Shown here: piece by piece, positions 1-14,149 of the stretch
Numbering within the stretch: position 1 is the first letter of the stretch
How the letters are laid out: each line of letters starts with the position of its first letter
From: Azolla caroliniana
Lineage: Eukaryota > Plantae > Polypodiophyta
Length of the DNA: 64,000 nucleotides
Reading direction: 5' to 3'
Assembly (NCBI GenBank): GCA_043228905.1
Contig: JBHGNT010000012.1
Coordinates: 5,642,001-5,706,000, forward strand
Notes under the pieces: generated by a model
Told to the model about the DNA's origin: nothing
Databases searched by the model: none
What the model saw: the letters and a program-made list of their open reading frames with translations, nothing else
Translations under genes and position numbers: made by a program

Positions 1-280
1 CAGGTTTTGAAACTGCGGAATTCACTGGTCCATATACGTACAATAATTCCTTGTCTAAACACTATCAAATTAAACACAAACACATAAAGTGGTACTTGGA
101 CATTATTTACTTTTTGGTTCACTTTCTTTATTCAGCAGTCCAAAAATTTGTTTCTTTATGCAACTTTACTGTTCTTCAAAGTTTTGGCTGGCATCTTGCG
201 AAATGTTGTACTTAATCCGAATTTTTTGGGCCTTCTCCTTGTTTATTTCCAGTGGCACACTTCATCTACTATCTCCTGAA

Positions 281-1548
281 TTATGTTTTACTTTTGGCCA
301 CCATCTTATCGATCTGTTGACGCTTTTGAGCTCTAAGAGCACGCCGACCAACAGGTTCTTTCGCTGGTTCTTTGCCCTTACCTTGGCTCGATGAACTTCC
401 ACCACTAGTAGAATCAACAACTTGTCGAACACCAATCGGCCTCGCCTCTCTACGGCCTCCACGAACATACCCCGTGTCACCCCACCTTCTATTACCTAGG
501 CGTACATTTGTTGGGTAGTAGCACTCTTCATACACATCATAGTCATCTTGATAATCATCTTGTTCTTCCACATCTTCAATGATCAAGGGCTTAAACCAAA
601 AGGCCCTTAAAAGAAGACACACACTTTCCTCGAACATGTAGTCAGAAATCCTATAGATATGGAGTACATATGGCAAGATTCAAAACAAAAAACAGTTAAG
701 ACAAGTTACAACAAAAAGAGCCACTCTTATAGTCATTGTAAAATGTAGATGTTTATCAATTTGAACTTACTTCCCGTCCAATGCTTTGTATACATAAAGG
801 AAAGAGAAAGGGAGCCTGCACTGGGGGCACCATGGTTCCTTCTTGTAGGATGCCCAACGTAGAATGCAAGTTACACTGCAGTATACAGAAGAAAAGAAAA
901 GGAAAAAACATCTTTTAAAATCCTGATTACCCCTCTTTAAACAAGAGAATAGCATGATAAATTGCTAATAAAGTTTACCAATATGTATGTTCACACCCTT
1001 TGACCTGTGCAATTTCTTGCATCTTTATTCGATCATGACATATAGCACAGATCTCATCTTTCTTGTTTAGATTCATCCCAGGTAAGTCCTTTCCATCCTG
1101 TAAATCAAGAATTCAATCACTCACTTCATGGCATTGAAGACCATCGATAAAATCAAATTTGATCACACTATACACAACATTATCATTTTCAAAGTGAAAT
1201 TTCGTTTGCAAACAGTATTTGAACACATACCAGGTATTCATTTTCGTGGTCGACTTTCTCTCCTATACCCATGCTATGAAAACACTTGCACACTTCATCT
1301 TCATTAACCATACTTGCTTCTGGATGAAAGTGTTTTTCATCAGATATATGAAGATCAGTGTCCAAAGCAATCCCTTTCTCACGCTCTTGATGGGCTCTGT
1401 TGTTTACAAGACCCTCAGGTTTCAAATCTTCCATATCAGATGCCACAGAGCGAGCAATCTTCACACAATCAGATACAGCGGCATGCAGATTCTCAAATTT
1501 TGTCGCATTTGCAAATGTAGTATCCATAATGGGATTATCGCCTTCCAT
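281..1548 (-). CDS. RING-HC (C3HC4) E3 ligase-like protein; exons 1548-1231, 1097-979, 875-771, 650-281
   Basis: GT-AG introns join in frame to give CAIC...CEHTYC/VTC...CPQC, followed by DYMFEESVCLLLRA.WF and LGNRRWGD.GYVR.GR.EARP. From memory these motifs match a conserved plant RING family (AT3G05250-like). Confidence 0.9.
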
Positions 1549-1622
1549 ATCGTGACTATATTTGAAGATTGGGATACCTCACCACTTGGAACAGAACTCC
1601 TTTTTAATTCCCTTTTTCTCTT

Positions 1623-2905
1623 TCAACCTCCACCTTTGTCTCTAAGGATCGAAAAGGGTCGAGCAAATGGGCTCTTTTCTTCACAAATACTTGATCTTAT
1701 TCTAACATTAGTACCTTTGTATAGACTCTCCCACCAAGTGGTGAGGTTTGAGTCCCAACACTGACCTACCACTACTACTACTACGACTAAAGCGTAAAAG
1801 TCAAATAGGTTGAACAGCATGGCAGGCTAATTTTTCTCTAAACCCCACAATCTTTGATCAAATTCCATTAATGGCTTTTGCAGGTCATGCAAAAAAATGA
1901 AGGGAGAAGAACCGCCCAGTTACTGTAAAAAAAAGAAACAAGAAAACAAAAAGAAGACCTGAGTTACTTCTTCCAAACCCTAGTTGTTCTTCAGTGCTAA
2001 GCAAAGAAACATGCTAAAGGAAAGAAAATAAAGATACCAGAGTACTAATTTTTCATCATCGCAAAATGAGACTGCAGAGAAGGAGCATATGAAGGAAAAT
2101 TCAAACACAATGCACATATTTTTTTCCTTCCAAAACTAGATTTCCTTCTTGAAGAGATAATCGTGCAGAAAAGGAAGATGTAAAAAAAAAACAGAGATCA
2201 AGCATAAAATTGCTGTTTTCCAAAACCCCAGTTTTCCGTTCTAGTGCAATTATAATGTGGAATAGAAACGCTTCAAGATAAGAAACACAATAAAAGAGCC
2301 AAGTATTTACTGAGTCCAGCCCCTTAATTTTATGCCAGCTAAGAAGCCACCATGCAGAACAGGAATAGAACAGATACAAAGAAAAACTTTCAGAACAGTT
2401 AATTTTTCTTCCTGATAACAGATTATATTGTGCAGAAAAGAAACATGTAAAGAAAGCGCATTACGGCTACCAAACCCTGCTTCATCCCATGTTTGTGTGG
2501 TAAGCATAACAAAGAGCATACGTAAAGCGTGCATTTATCTTCCCGAATAACTTAGCTTTTCTTCTTGATAAGACGGTTTGTGCAGAAAAGAACCGAAACA
2601 AAGCACAAATTTACTGATTCCAAATCTTATGTTTTTCGTCCTACCAAAAAAAAAAAAAATCCTCCGCGGAACAAAATAAAAATAAAAATTTCAAGTAAAA
2701 TCAGAACAGGTATCAAGCATGACGTTTTTTCGTTTTCGAAAAGACCCTAATTTTCTCTTCCTCGCCTTCCTTCCCGGACTGTGCGGGAAAAGGAGAATGT
2801 AAGAAAAGAGCAAGGGAGAAAGGCCATACCTTTAAAGATCTGAAACTGTAATGTCTTCCTCTCTTTCTCTCTCTCTCCTTCCTCGGTGTAGAAATTCTTC
2901 TTCAG
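1623..2905 (-). CDS. Candidate CUG-initiated spliced uORF (~72-79 aa) in the RING gene leader; exons 2905-2830 and 1786/1765-1623
   Basis: The AAG|GTATGG donor at 2830/2829 joins in frame to the TAG acceptors. The CTG at 2905 has A at -3 and follows an in-frame TAA. The stop lies ~75 nt upstream of the main ATG. Confidence 0.45.
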
Positions 2906-5024
2906 AGTTTTTCCTTAGGTTTCCGGAGAATTTCCGTGTGGGGGAAAGAAGCGAACAGATCGGGGGGAGGGGGAGGGGCAGAAAGAGAGCAGAGATGGAG
3001 GCCACAGACGGCGAAGAGACGGCCACAGACGGCGATCGACGGCGGGCAGTCTGTCTATCTCTGTCTGTCTGTCTGTCTGTCTGATTGTTCGCGATCCACA
3101 AGAAGCAGAGCAAACAGAAAGAAGAAGAAGAAGAGGAAGAGGAAGAGGAAGAAAAATGACTGTATTTTTCTGACCCTATAGTTTTCCGAAATTCGGATTC
3201 TGTCCCTTTTCCTCTCTCTCTCTGTCTCTCTCTCTCTCTCTCTGCCCTTTTCAAGAGCTTTTTTATTTTGAAACTAGTTAAAACACACATACATATACAC
3301 CACTAAATTAAGAAGATAAGACTGCCTCCTCTGAGCTCTCCTCATTCATTCAAGTTTCAACTACAATAGCATCTTCTCGAAATAGCGAATAATCGACCGC
3401 CCTGCCCTGCTCCGGGGAAAAAACAAAAAAAAAAAAGCCTCCTGTTTTCTGGCCTTTGCTCTTTATCCACGGGGCTCTTCTTCTTCTCTCGTCTCTTCCA
3501 TCCCTGTTCAGACTCGGTTAAGTAGAGAAATACGGGCAATCACAACCACCCTTGCTTCCTCGGCCTCACTCATTATTCCTCCTCCTTACTTAGTGTCTCT
3601 TCATTTCTTCTCCCTCGGTGTACATCAATCGGCCAATGACCATCCGTCCGATCCGCACCCCCTTTCTCTCGTGAAGGACGACGGCCGAACAACTTCTTCT
3701 TCCGTGCTCTCGCCTCCTAGGATCAGAAAGAAATGAAAAAAAAGAAAAAAAAGAAAAAAACAAGAAAATGCACGTGTCTCGCCCCCCCATCTGTTTTGCC
3801 TCTTTTTTTCTTCGTCCGTATGCAAATGGTTTATTCTTTCTCGTGTGTGGAATGATTCCCTTGATGTTTGTTAGTTCTACAATTTAAAAATTTCATATGT
3901 AAAAGGATGGTCTATACAACAACGACGCTTTTGTTGTATGAGTGCAGTTATGTGTGGTCCCATAGTTTCACAAAACTATGTTTTTAGCTATTTTTTTCTA
4001 TAGTTCGTTAACTTTTTACTAGTTTTTATTTTCTACGAGTGCTATTGCTTTATTCCATTGATTTCAATTCATTGTGCTATTGCATTATTCTATTGTTTCA
4101 TCAATTAATTGTCTTCTGCAAGTAAACCCAACAAGAATATGAGAATGATTCAACTTCCACTTAATTGTGTTGTTTCATTGTGTTGTCTGTCCTAAATGGA
4201 GAAGATGAAATTCTCTACATGTTTGAGTGGTGTCATGCTCTAACGCTATTTGTGCCTCATTGGTTTGATTCTCACCGTCACATTTGATCACCCAAGAAGC
4301 TAGTTGTAAAGAATATCATGCAATGGAAAGGAAACCTCAACATCCATAATTCGTCTTGCATCGGTAGGCCTTTTGACACAATACTTGGTACAAGTATGGT
4401 CATGGCGTTTTCTTGAAGCTCATTTTGCCCTTTGGCATTCAAGACATTAGCACCATACGTTCAATTTCTCCCTCTTCACCCACATGTCACATAAAGACTA
4501 TTGTTCTGCATTTTATTAGTCCATATCCAAATGAACACATGCTAGGATTAGGAGACATAAAAATGCCCTTGTGCTCCATCCACAATATGTTTAAAAAAAA
4601 TTACAGCAGCTAAGAGCAACTTCCATGTCCTTTTCTTTTAAATACTGATTGAATGACAAGGAGCTACATGGGAGTGGAAATCTCATGTACAGTTCTGTAT
4701 ACTGACACTCTAAGCGACTCATATGCCACCTACCTCTCCCTGACTTGAGTAAAACTAGAGTTTTGTATCGGACGCCCTTTTTTTACTTTCTCAAGTTCCT
4801 ACATAAACTCTTGAATTACATTAGAGAACCTTCAAATTTGCACCATCACCAACAGTTATAGTCAAAGCTCACAATACGGTCATAATAAATATAATATACA
4901 CTGGATAAAAGCACACTCAGGAACTTATGAAGAATATTGTTTTAACAACAACTGCACAAGTTCATTCAATCTTTTGTGTTACAATACCAAGCCTTCCCAA
5001 AGCAAGTATATATCCATGTAGGTA

Positions 5025-8000
5025 TCAAAGGAAGCTCCGTTCCGTAGAAGAAGACAAGAATCTGGAAGTTAAACCTTCAACCATACTTTTCTTGTCCAAA
5101 TTTACACTTTTTCTACCTGCCACTAAGTCCTTTTCTCGATCCCAAGGCTTCCAAGGATGAGCTTCAGTCCATTCAGGTGGTGCTGGCGTTGATACTTCTT
5201 TCTTCTTTTCTTTCTTAACTTTCTTTGACCGTTCAGCTTGGTGCTTTTCAACTAGCGAGGTCGCACGTTTTACAGTGTTAAATTGATCGATAATATCTGC
5301 TGCCTCAGGGTCACGATTGTTGGTATGTCTACCATCCTCCATACCTGATGTCAGGGATGCTTGGTTGTATGCTTCCAAGTACCTTCAAGTGAGGAGGAAA
5401 AGTTTCAAACACATAACACATAATGTTTTGCAAAGAACTCCACTTGCATAATAAATTGATTTTACTTACGCCATCTTTGCTTTCTGAGCCTTTTCTAAAG
5501 GAGTGTCCGTCCATACACTTGTATCACCTCTGCCACTTTTAGTGGATTTGCTAAAAAACGTGGATTGCATCGATGCTACACCAGGCTGAAAAGCTTCAAA
5601 GTTGCAATCAGGTTGCAGAATATGATTGGAAAGACATTTTGGAATTCAACATTGCAAACAAAGACCTATAGAAAAAAAAGCTGATCGAAATGGCATGCTA
5701 CTGTGAAATGGGAATGCAAAATACAGGCCAACGGCTTATATATAGAGCTTTATAACATCAAATTCAGTGGGCCTTTAAAGATTGGGTTCACCATAGACAA
5801 GTAATTCATGTTGAAATCTAACAATAAATACACATCAGATCATATATAAAACAATCCACTAAAACCCAACAATATGTGAACTACTACTGAGAATAACATA
5901 TTTTTAAGAGATGTTACGAAATGGATTTCTGAAAAAGCACCAAACCTAGACACTCTGATATTCCATCTTGTAGGTTACCTTTCTTTCAGGAGGTAGTTCT
6001 GTCATCCATTCGTCCCGAGTAAGTGGTTTTGGAGGATCCAAAAATTCCTCATCACCAGGTAAGGATTCACCTGAAAGTAAGAAAAAGGTAATGACATCGA
6101 TGAGATAGTAAAACACAAACCATGCAACAAAAGATAATGGCATCGCTGAATAACACAAGTGCGAGAAAAAGATCACATAAACAAAATCTCTCTCCCTCCT
6201 CGAGCGGAAAGTTGTAAAATAAAAACCTCGTAGTTTACGCCATTGAGCTGCTTCTCTTTTTGCCTTCTGTTCAGCCTGCAGAAGCATAACTTAAATCAAA
6301 ACAAGTTGCCTGAAGGTCAATTTATAATAGTAATGCATTTTACTTAAATACATTTATCCAGTAACCGAAATTAGTATAAGAGCATCCCTCAAATTTGAGA
6401 AAAAGAGGAATTTTACAGTCAAAAATACCTCAAATTCTTCCCTTGTCTCTTTGTCCTCAACCTCTTTATCAATTATAGAGCGCTGCACAAACAAAAGCAG
6501 GCAAATGTAAGTTAAAGCAATACGTTAATTCAGAATGTGTGTAATGACTTGTGACAACTCATTATACAGGAACAGATTTGTCAACTCACCTTTATGGGAT
6601 CTTGAAGATCTTTGAAGGCTTTATTGAGTGCTGTGAATGCTTCATGTGCTCGAGGATGTGTACATTTGTCTGGATGTACCAGCAGCGATAGTTTCCAATA
6701 CCTGCAGTGGAAAATTTTAGCACTAATTGTTACTAGAGAAACAATATTGAAAAAACTATATTTGTTTAGCTCATAATGGCTTTTAGTATGTCTTTGTAAA
6801 AGTAAAATAGTATGACAAACATCGGAATGAACTCAAATTTTCTTAAAATAACATATGCCATTAAGCTTCTATGTGGATGATAAGCAAAATCAGCAGTAAA
6901 TATCTCAGCTGTAAAACTAAACAAGTTAATGTCATACTCAAGAATAACAAAATCAGACACGTTTAACTCAATTGAACCCTTAATACCCCTGACATAAATT
7001 TCTGTAGGTGGCCTTACTAGATGAACAATCTCAATAAAAAAACATGCATTTTACGAGCCAAAAACTGCACCGTTTCTTTAATAATTCAGGCGTCGTACCA
7101 ACCCTGAGACCAAGCAGTTCATAAGCATTCCCAACATCAGGTGCTAAGATCCTTTCAACCTACAGCATGAATGATCATACAAGTAAAACTACATGTTAGT
7201 TGCATCAAATCTCTCAAAGGAAATAGAAAAGAAAAAGCAAAAACAATGATAACACACTTCTTCAAAACGCTCAGCTTCATTTGCAGACTCTGCCTCTGCA
7301 ACTGCTGCAGGCGGTGGAGGACCAACCATTGGAATTTGTTCAAGCTCTTCTTCGGCTGCCCTGCAAATCACTATGCTAATTAGAATATGGTGAGTTTTAG
7401 AGAAAAACTCCAGACTGCTACTGAGATTTTTTATATTTCCCCAAATGCAATTGGTCAACCCCCTGAAAAGCAAGATTATATCCATTTTTTGAATAGGTAT
7501 AGAATCATGCTTCCTTTTTTAACAATTATATGTGCTACTTTCATCACCTTCGTTCTCTCTTTCAGGGGTTAGCCACGAGCTTAGAGGAAATAATGAAAGG
7601 TCAGGTGCATTCAAAGGATCTAAAGAAATGCTCAAAGGTTTTCCCTAAGTTTGGATTGTTCGATGAAAATGTTTGAATTGCTCACCTTAACGTTGACCCT
7701 GCCTCAGTTAACCTAGCTGCAGCCTCTAGCATCTCTGCAGATGGCATTGATGGGCCCAAAATTCTGCATTCATTGAACAAGTTTCTTTCATTTCCTAAAA
7801 TTTTCAGATCTAACATATTCAGCATACTAAAACTTTCTTTTGCCCTTGGAAAAATACCACAAATTGTTATAACTTATATGACATGATGCACAACAATAGT
7901 ACATGCACATCAAGGTATACTGAATCTCTTATAGAATTAAACTAATGGAACTTAAACAAAGTCATCTAATGACCGTAAATTTATCTTACCTTCTTATTTT

Positions 8001-11000
8001 AGGATAAGGAATCTCTTCAACAACTTGTGATCCTCTATCATGAAGTCCAGATTTCTTGGAATCTTGTTCAGCATTTTCATATTCATCTTTACCTTGTTGT
8101 CTCTTGTTCTCCTGCTGTGGCATACTGCACTCTTTGTCCAAGGCAATAGAGTCGATTACAAAAAGTTGTCCAAGAACGTCCATTATTTTCTGAGATGAGC
8201 TTTCAGGAAGTAAAAAAAGCCCTTCAGATGATCTATGTAGACGAAGAGCTCGAAATAACTCCCGCAAATAGCCTGAAATATCCTTATCCTCCAGCCCACT
8301 TATATCAACAGCTTGCCCATCATCAAGCATCCTCAATAGCTGCATTTAAGTTTAAATAAATATTTTTTAAGAGGAGAGCAAAAATTGCAGTGATATTGAA
8401 ACAACAGCACGTGATGTAGACAATCCCCGTCTTCCTCTTCCTCTCCCACCTTTTCTCTCTCTCTTTATATATTTCATTGAAAGACAACAGTGATGAGCTT
8501 TATGTTTCAAAAAGTTACCTCTTTGAAGTTTTTTCTTACATAGGGCTACCTACAGTTTTGAGATACTGACACTCGAATGTTAGTGCAATGCTCAACATGT
8601 TAGGACCATTTTCAACAACTCCACCAAAGCAGAGCTTGACTATTTGCCAACTTTGATGACCCAGATCATCGTCTCGTGCACAAGACTGCAATGGGTAATG
8701 TATGCAGTTATTAATCTCTATAATTTCCAACGAAAATGGCAGATGTTTAAGCCATAGCTGAGCATTTGGTCCTGTGGAGCTTCTGAGAATGCAGTATTGG
8801 ACTTTCCATTCTATATGCTCACACATGTCACCAACATGTTAGGTGTCCACAAATAACTATGGGTATTGAATACAAAACACTATGGTATTGATTCCTGGAT
8901 TTAATCCTCAATAGGAGAACCACCAAGGGACTACCTCTCTTGTTATCATTCCACTGTATATTGATTCCTGGATTTTATCCCCAATAGGAGAACCACCGAG
9001 GGACTACCTCTCTTGCTATCATTCCACTGCAATTTTTGCCCCTAGCTGAGCTCATTTCCCCTTCATCCTTTGTGTTTGTCAGCCCACCTCTTGGACCAAA
9101 ATTCCTTCTATATAATTCCAACCATAGATTGACATATTCGCATTCGTGGGGTTTCCCATTCGAATGCAAACGAATACGAATACGAATGGGTGGACAAGTA
9201 TTCGTTTAAACCCAAAAAAAAAAAGTACATGAACTTATCTTTTTTAATTTCTTAGGAAAAAAAAAAGGAACTTGACAATAAATAGGGATAATAAAAGAGG
9301 GACTTGATACTACTCAATTTTTATAATAAATGTGTAACTTATAACTATAAGTATTCGTTTTATTTTTAGTAAATAAATAAAATAAAAATAAAGGTCCATT
9401 AATTTTTCACTTTTTATTCCCTCAATTTATGGATATTTTTATCTTGACATTAAAAATAGGACTTGAAAGCTCACACTAATCATATTTTTATAATAAATAT
9501 AAAAATATTTATTTTTAAAAAATTAATTAATTAATTAGTTAATTAAAATAAGTTTCATAAACTCTCCTGAAGGCTGACACTATAATCAATTAATGAATAA
9601 TTGTTCTTTTTTTGGTAAAATAAATTTATTTAAATAAAAAAATGAATTTATTTATTTATTATGTTTATTTTGCAAAACAAATGGTTTTATAATATTCTTG
9701 GGGCGATTACGTATTCTCAAATATTACGAATATCACGCATAAAGAATATCATGAATATCACGCATGTGTCAATCTATGATTCCAACCATAGCATGAACCA
9801 TACATGCATTTGAGTATGTATCGATCATTCGAGTATGGTAAATACCATACTTTTGTATTCATTATTTACTATTAGGTAAAACTTTTTAATGTAAAAAAGT
9901 GAGAAAAAATAAAATAAAAACATAAAAAAAAAACATAAGTATGTTTTCATAACATACACATTTGCAAACGTATGAAAACGAATGTTTGAGCAGAAGAATG
10001 CAAATATTATGTTCTATGTTTCCATAAGTATGTTTTCATAACATACACATTTGCAAACGTATGAAAACGAATGTTTGAGCAGAAGAATGCAAATATTATG
10101 TTCTATGTTTCCAACTGCGCTTCCATTTTATCTAACTCCATTCAATTATTGTCTCTACCTTGATTTGAGCACCACTTGCACATAACGGGGACCAAAACAC
10201 CTATAGAAATCAAAGAGATAGTTCATAATTATCATGACCATCCTTAGTCCCCGTGACTAAGATCTCTTATGTTCATGCTCTATTCAACAAAAGCTTGAAA
10301 CTCATGGAAAGCTTACTCTGGGCACAGATGGACAAGTTAAGAAAGGACACTTGATCTCACAAAAGGCAAAAGTAGAACAAGCGAACTTTCTCAGAAGTAT
10401 GAGATTTTAGAAACCTGAGCTTCATATGAACACATGACAAACACAATCTCCTATGAACTTGTGACAACTCATACTACTGAATGCTGGAAAATGGGTTCTC
10501 TACCATGACAAGAAATCGATAATGTACGCCTTTCATCATGTGGCACCATGTTGAATGCTAGATGAACTCTATAGCAATAGTCATTTGTAATCCTAGATTC
10601 AGTGATATGCATAAAAATATAGATAAATTATTTAAACGCATTGGCCTCTCTTTATGTCTGCGTTGCATCCCCACAAGAAAATAAATACTATTGATGGATT
10701 CATTGTCTCTTGCTTACCCACTCAATCCATATGTTCCACACGCTTTGCAACATGATCGGATAACTCCATATCCCCTTCATAGTTAGTGATTCTAACAAAT
10801 TGACTGCCTAAAGAGAGCCAGGGGATATCACTTGTATTACAATTGGAAGGAAATGAATGGCCCATCATTGTTCCCTAAACTATGAGATGAGAAGCAAATG
10901 TCACACTCTCTATTGACGTGGGTTTGGCCAATTCTACAGCATATGAGATGTTTTGGGATTCCTAATCAAAGAGAACAATAAAATACAGGATACTCACGGC

Positions 11001-12439
11001 CCAATTTTAGTCTCATTGAGAAAATATTCTCATAATTAGGTTTGTAACGTTCTAACCATGTGAGTAGATTAGCACGTGGGCTTCACATAGTATATTCATT
11101 CCATTTATTATTCTCGTAGATGAGGGCTGAGGCAATCTTTTCCATTGTGATCTCTGATTGGATCTCACAAGACATTTGAGACTGTAAGAGAGATTAATAA
11201 ACATATCTCTCTCAATCACAATCATGCACCTCCTCTACATAACTCCCTCTCTCTTTCCCCCCCACCATGAATCCATGATGTAGGCACATTAGCTTCTTTG
11301 TGTAGCATTTTGGTGATCTGTAAAGGAATATGCTGGATATTTGATGTATCAGCTGTGGGCTCCATATGTTGAATTCATCCCACACTTGATGTCATATAGC
11401 ATCATTGAGAGCATTTCTGAGCTTATCCACACATATTCTACATCCTAGATATGCGATATTTTGTACATTGTATCCTCTGCATTACTTGTACCATGGTTCC
11501 CTGTATCAGTGTACTTTCATCACAGCCGAGTTTTGTTGGGAAGCTATCAATTCAATTTAATTTCGCTTCATTTTTCCAGACTTCTATAGGTTCATATGGA
11601 CTACCTTTTTGTTTCATAGGTCACTTCAGCCTCTTGCAGTTGTAATCCAGGAAATTATCACGCACACCAAAGGTGTGGCCATCACTTTGGAGGTCTCTAC
11701 AACTTGAGTTTGCCCATTTTGGACATCTTTCCAAGGCAGAAATTTCTGTCCATCTTAACTCAAGATGTTTAAGTGCTTAATTAACAAGAGCATTTAGAGC
11801 TCTTGGAAGTTCACTAATTTAGTTACATTTACTTTGATTTGATGTTTCCAAAGGAACACGACAACATTTCAAGTTCAGTCTCATAGGTCAATTTTTGCCT
11901 GTCCTAATTATCCATATATATCTCAAAAAATATTACCATACCTGTTCCAAATCGCTTTTCAGCCCGGGATATTTGGACAAAATCATAGATGCAACCTCCA
12001 TCGGGCTATGCACATCTCCGCCTTTCGCATCCTTCTCTTCCCTCTGCTTTCCATGTCGATCCCTCTTCTTCGACAAGATTCCATTACTACTGCTATGCTT
12101 CTTCCTCTTCTTCTTCATCTTATGCTCTTTGTCGCGACTCTCACTCTTCTCCCCATCTTCTCGTCTCCTGTGTCCTCTTCTTTTTCTTCTTCGCGAAGCA
12201 TACTCACCATCATCGTCATCATCATCAGAAGAAGAAGAAGAGATCAAAGAATCTTCGATATGTTTCTTTGCGTGCTTTCTAGGGTTCCGTCTCTCTCCAT
12301 CGGCCGAGGAATCCTCACTTTCTTCTGATGGAGAACAATAAGGAGAAGAGGAAGAAGAAACCGAGTGTCTTCTCCTTCTGCTGCTGCTATGTTTTTTCTT
12401 CTCTTTCCTGCGATCCTGTCTGTCCTTCTTCGACTTCAT
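5025..12439 (-). CDS. DnaJ-domain + DUF3752 (GPALPP1-like) protein; exons 12439-11942, 8339-7990, 7763-7686, 7360-7258, 7159-7071, 6701-6590, 6482-6429, 6275-6227, 6070-5979, 5585-5470, 5382-5025
   Basis: All 10 introns are GT-AG and phase-compatible. The protein has a K/R/S-rich N-terminus, GPSMP and GPPPP motifs, a J-domain ([13 protein letters not shown]) and the DUF3752 motifs [15 protein letters not shown] and KPWDREKDL. Confidence 0.92.
8887..9028. repeat. Tandem duplication, ~73 bp x2, intronic
   Basis: attgattcctggatt...ggactacctctcttg...attccactg occurs twice. Confidence 0.85.
9123..9778. mobile_element. hAT-type MITE in DnaJ intron 1
   Basis: TIRs CATAGATTGACA / TGTCAATCTATG, perfect 8-bp TSD ATTCCAAC, AT-rich interior with no ORF. 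Confidence 0.85.
9787..10107. mobile_element. Second hAT-type MITE with an internal 89-bp tandem duplication (9934-10111)
   Basis: CATAG...CTATG ends, flanked by ATTCCAAC / TTTCCAAC. A related copy lies at 14150-14417. Confidence 0.7.
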
Positions 12440-14149
12440 GATGCCGCAGCCGCCGTCTTCTTCTTCTTCTTCTCCTTCTTCTCCTTCTCCTTCTCCTTCT
12501 CCTCACTGAGGAAGGAAACAGAGGAATGGGAAATGTTAAAGGAGGTCCCATCCTTTAGAGAATTTATGTTTTTGACCTTATTTTTTAGTTCACTATTTTC
12601 TTACCGCTAAATTGGTTCTACTCCATATTGTTTCAACTTTCAATCACTTGTGTTTTTTTTTTGTTTTATCTCTCTTTTGTTCGCATCTGCCAAAACGTTA
12701 TCACGTGAGATCGCGGCTTCCATTTACGTGATTGATGAAGCGCCCAACTCATCACTGATGAGCCCAATAGGACAACTCGTTTTTCTTTGTCAGAACCAGT
12801 TGTTTCTATATCGAAAACGGGATGCGTGTGTGGTGATCTATTATTACCTTGGAGCACCTTAGCCCCCACCCATTTGGTGCGGTCATTAGTCGTGAGGATG
12901 ATATTGTTTCACACATATACTAGGGTGAAAGGGCTTGCAAAGCCCAATGCCCACTTTTGTCATGGATGGAGCATGCAAACCTTTTGTTCTTAGTTGCCTA
13001 GCCGTCAACACCTCTTGCACACCTCATTTTATATGTGGGTGTCTCTTTTACAATGTAAGACACCATAGCCTCTCTTTTATGTTTTTCAGTAGTTATTTCA
13101 CCTACATAATGACCACCCTGGATCTGGTTATGTACCCCTTGCATTATGCGATGTTTCTCGCGTTAAATGACCCCCTAATACAATATTCCAATGGGTGAAC
13201 CCAAGTATAGTATTACGTCATCCTTGCTCTCGAATGATGGAAAATAGGGACCACAAAACACAATGAATGATTGGCCCAAGCTAGTTTGTGAATGCATGAG
13301 TAAGGGTATGTAGTTTTTTTGCTTGCTTCGCATCACATTGCTTCGAGTTGATTTGATAGGTTGATGTTTTGTCGAGTTATGAGTTGAACTTGGCATTGGT
13401 CGCTTCTAGCTTGACACATACTATGATGTTGGCCTTGATGGTTTCTTTATGGACCTTTGAGATTACATTGAACTAGTTTGTTTGTAAATGTTGCAGGAGT
13501 GGTATTGTCGTCACAGTTGTGAGTGTCATCATTACGTGATGCTGCTTGATCGGCAATGTGTGGCATGGTCGATAGTGATGGATTAATGTTCCACATATTT
13601 GTATATTGTTTGGTCCATGCAATGAGACTCTTCTTCTATGGGCTTGCTCCTTTGTGGCATGCAAATGGAGGGAATTGTTTGAGTGTTGGATTTGTGCAAT
13701 CGAGCAATGACCCATCATATGGGGCTCTTTAAAAATTTGAAATATTTATTGCTTAGAAGCTTCATTTGTTAGGTTGGTCCCAACTAAGGCTCTTACCATT
13801 AGGAAGAGATGCATTTAAATTGCGACCATCCTTGATCATTTCTACGCTATCAAATTCATGACCTAAAGAGGTCGTGCACAAAACATACATCGAACCACAT
13901 CATAAAAAAAGAAACTCACGACGTACTCTAAATCAACCTCATTAGCCATAATAGTTGCGGGGCGAAGCGATTCCTAAAGTATATATTTAACACAATATTA
14001 CAATTTATATTGTAAGTGGATCCTCTATAATAAACTCATCTTTACTTTTGGACAATTTCTTATTCTTCTTACTTCATGAATCATGATATTGCTTCAATGC
14101 AATAATAATGACCGGCAAACCAAAAGAACAGAAAAACACTTTGGAGTCC

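Noticed and set aside
2832-3290. 152-aa ORF and overlapping ORFs at gene 5' ends (also 14558-14842, 12365-12610)
   Set aside because: Produced by (CT)n and (GAA)n microsatellites in UTRs.
3850-4620. Possible decayed transposase between the RING and DnaJ genes (also 12900-13750)
   Set aside because: No recognisable motif, TIR or TSD by eye.
10120-11870. Possible LINE remnant in DnaJ intron 1
   Set aside because: Only faint RT-like traces; no motif or boundary I can support.
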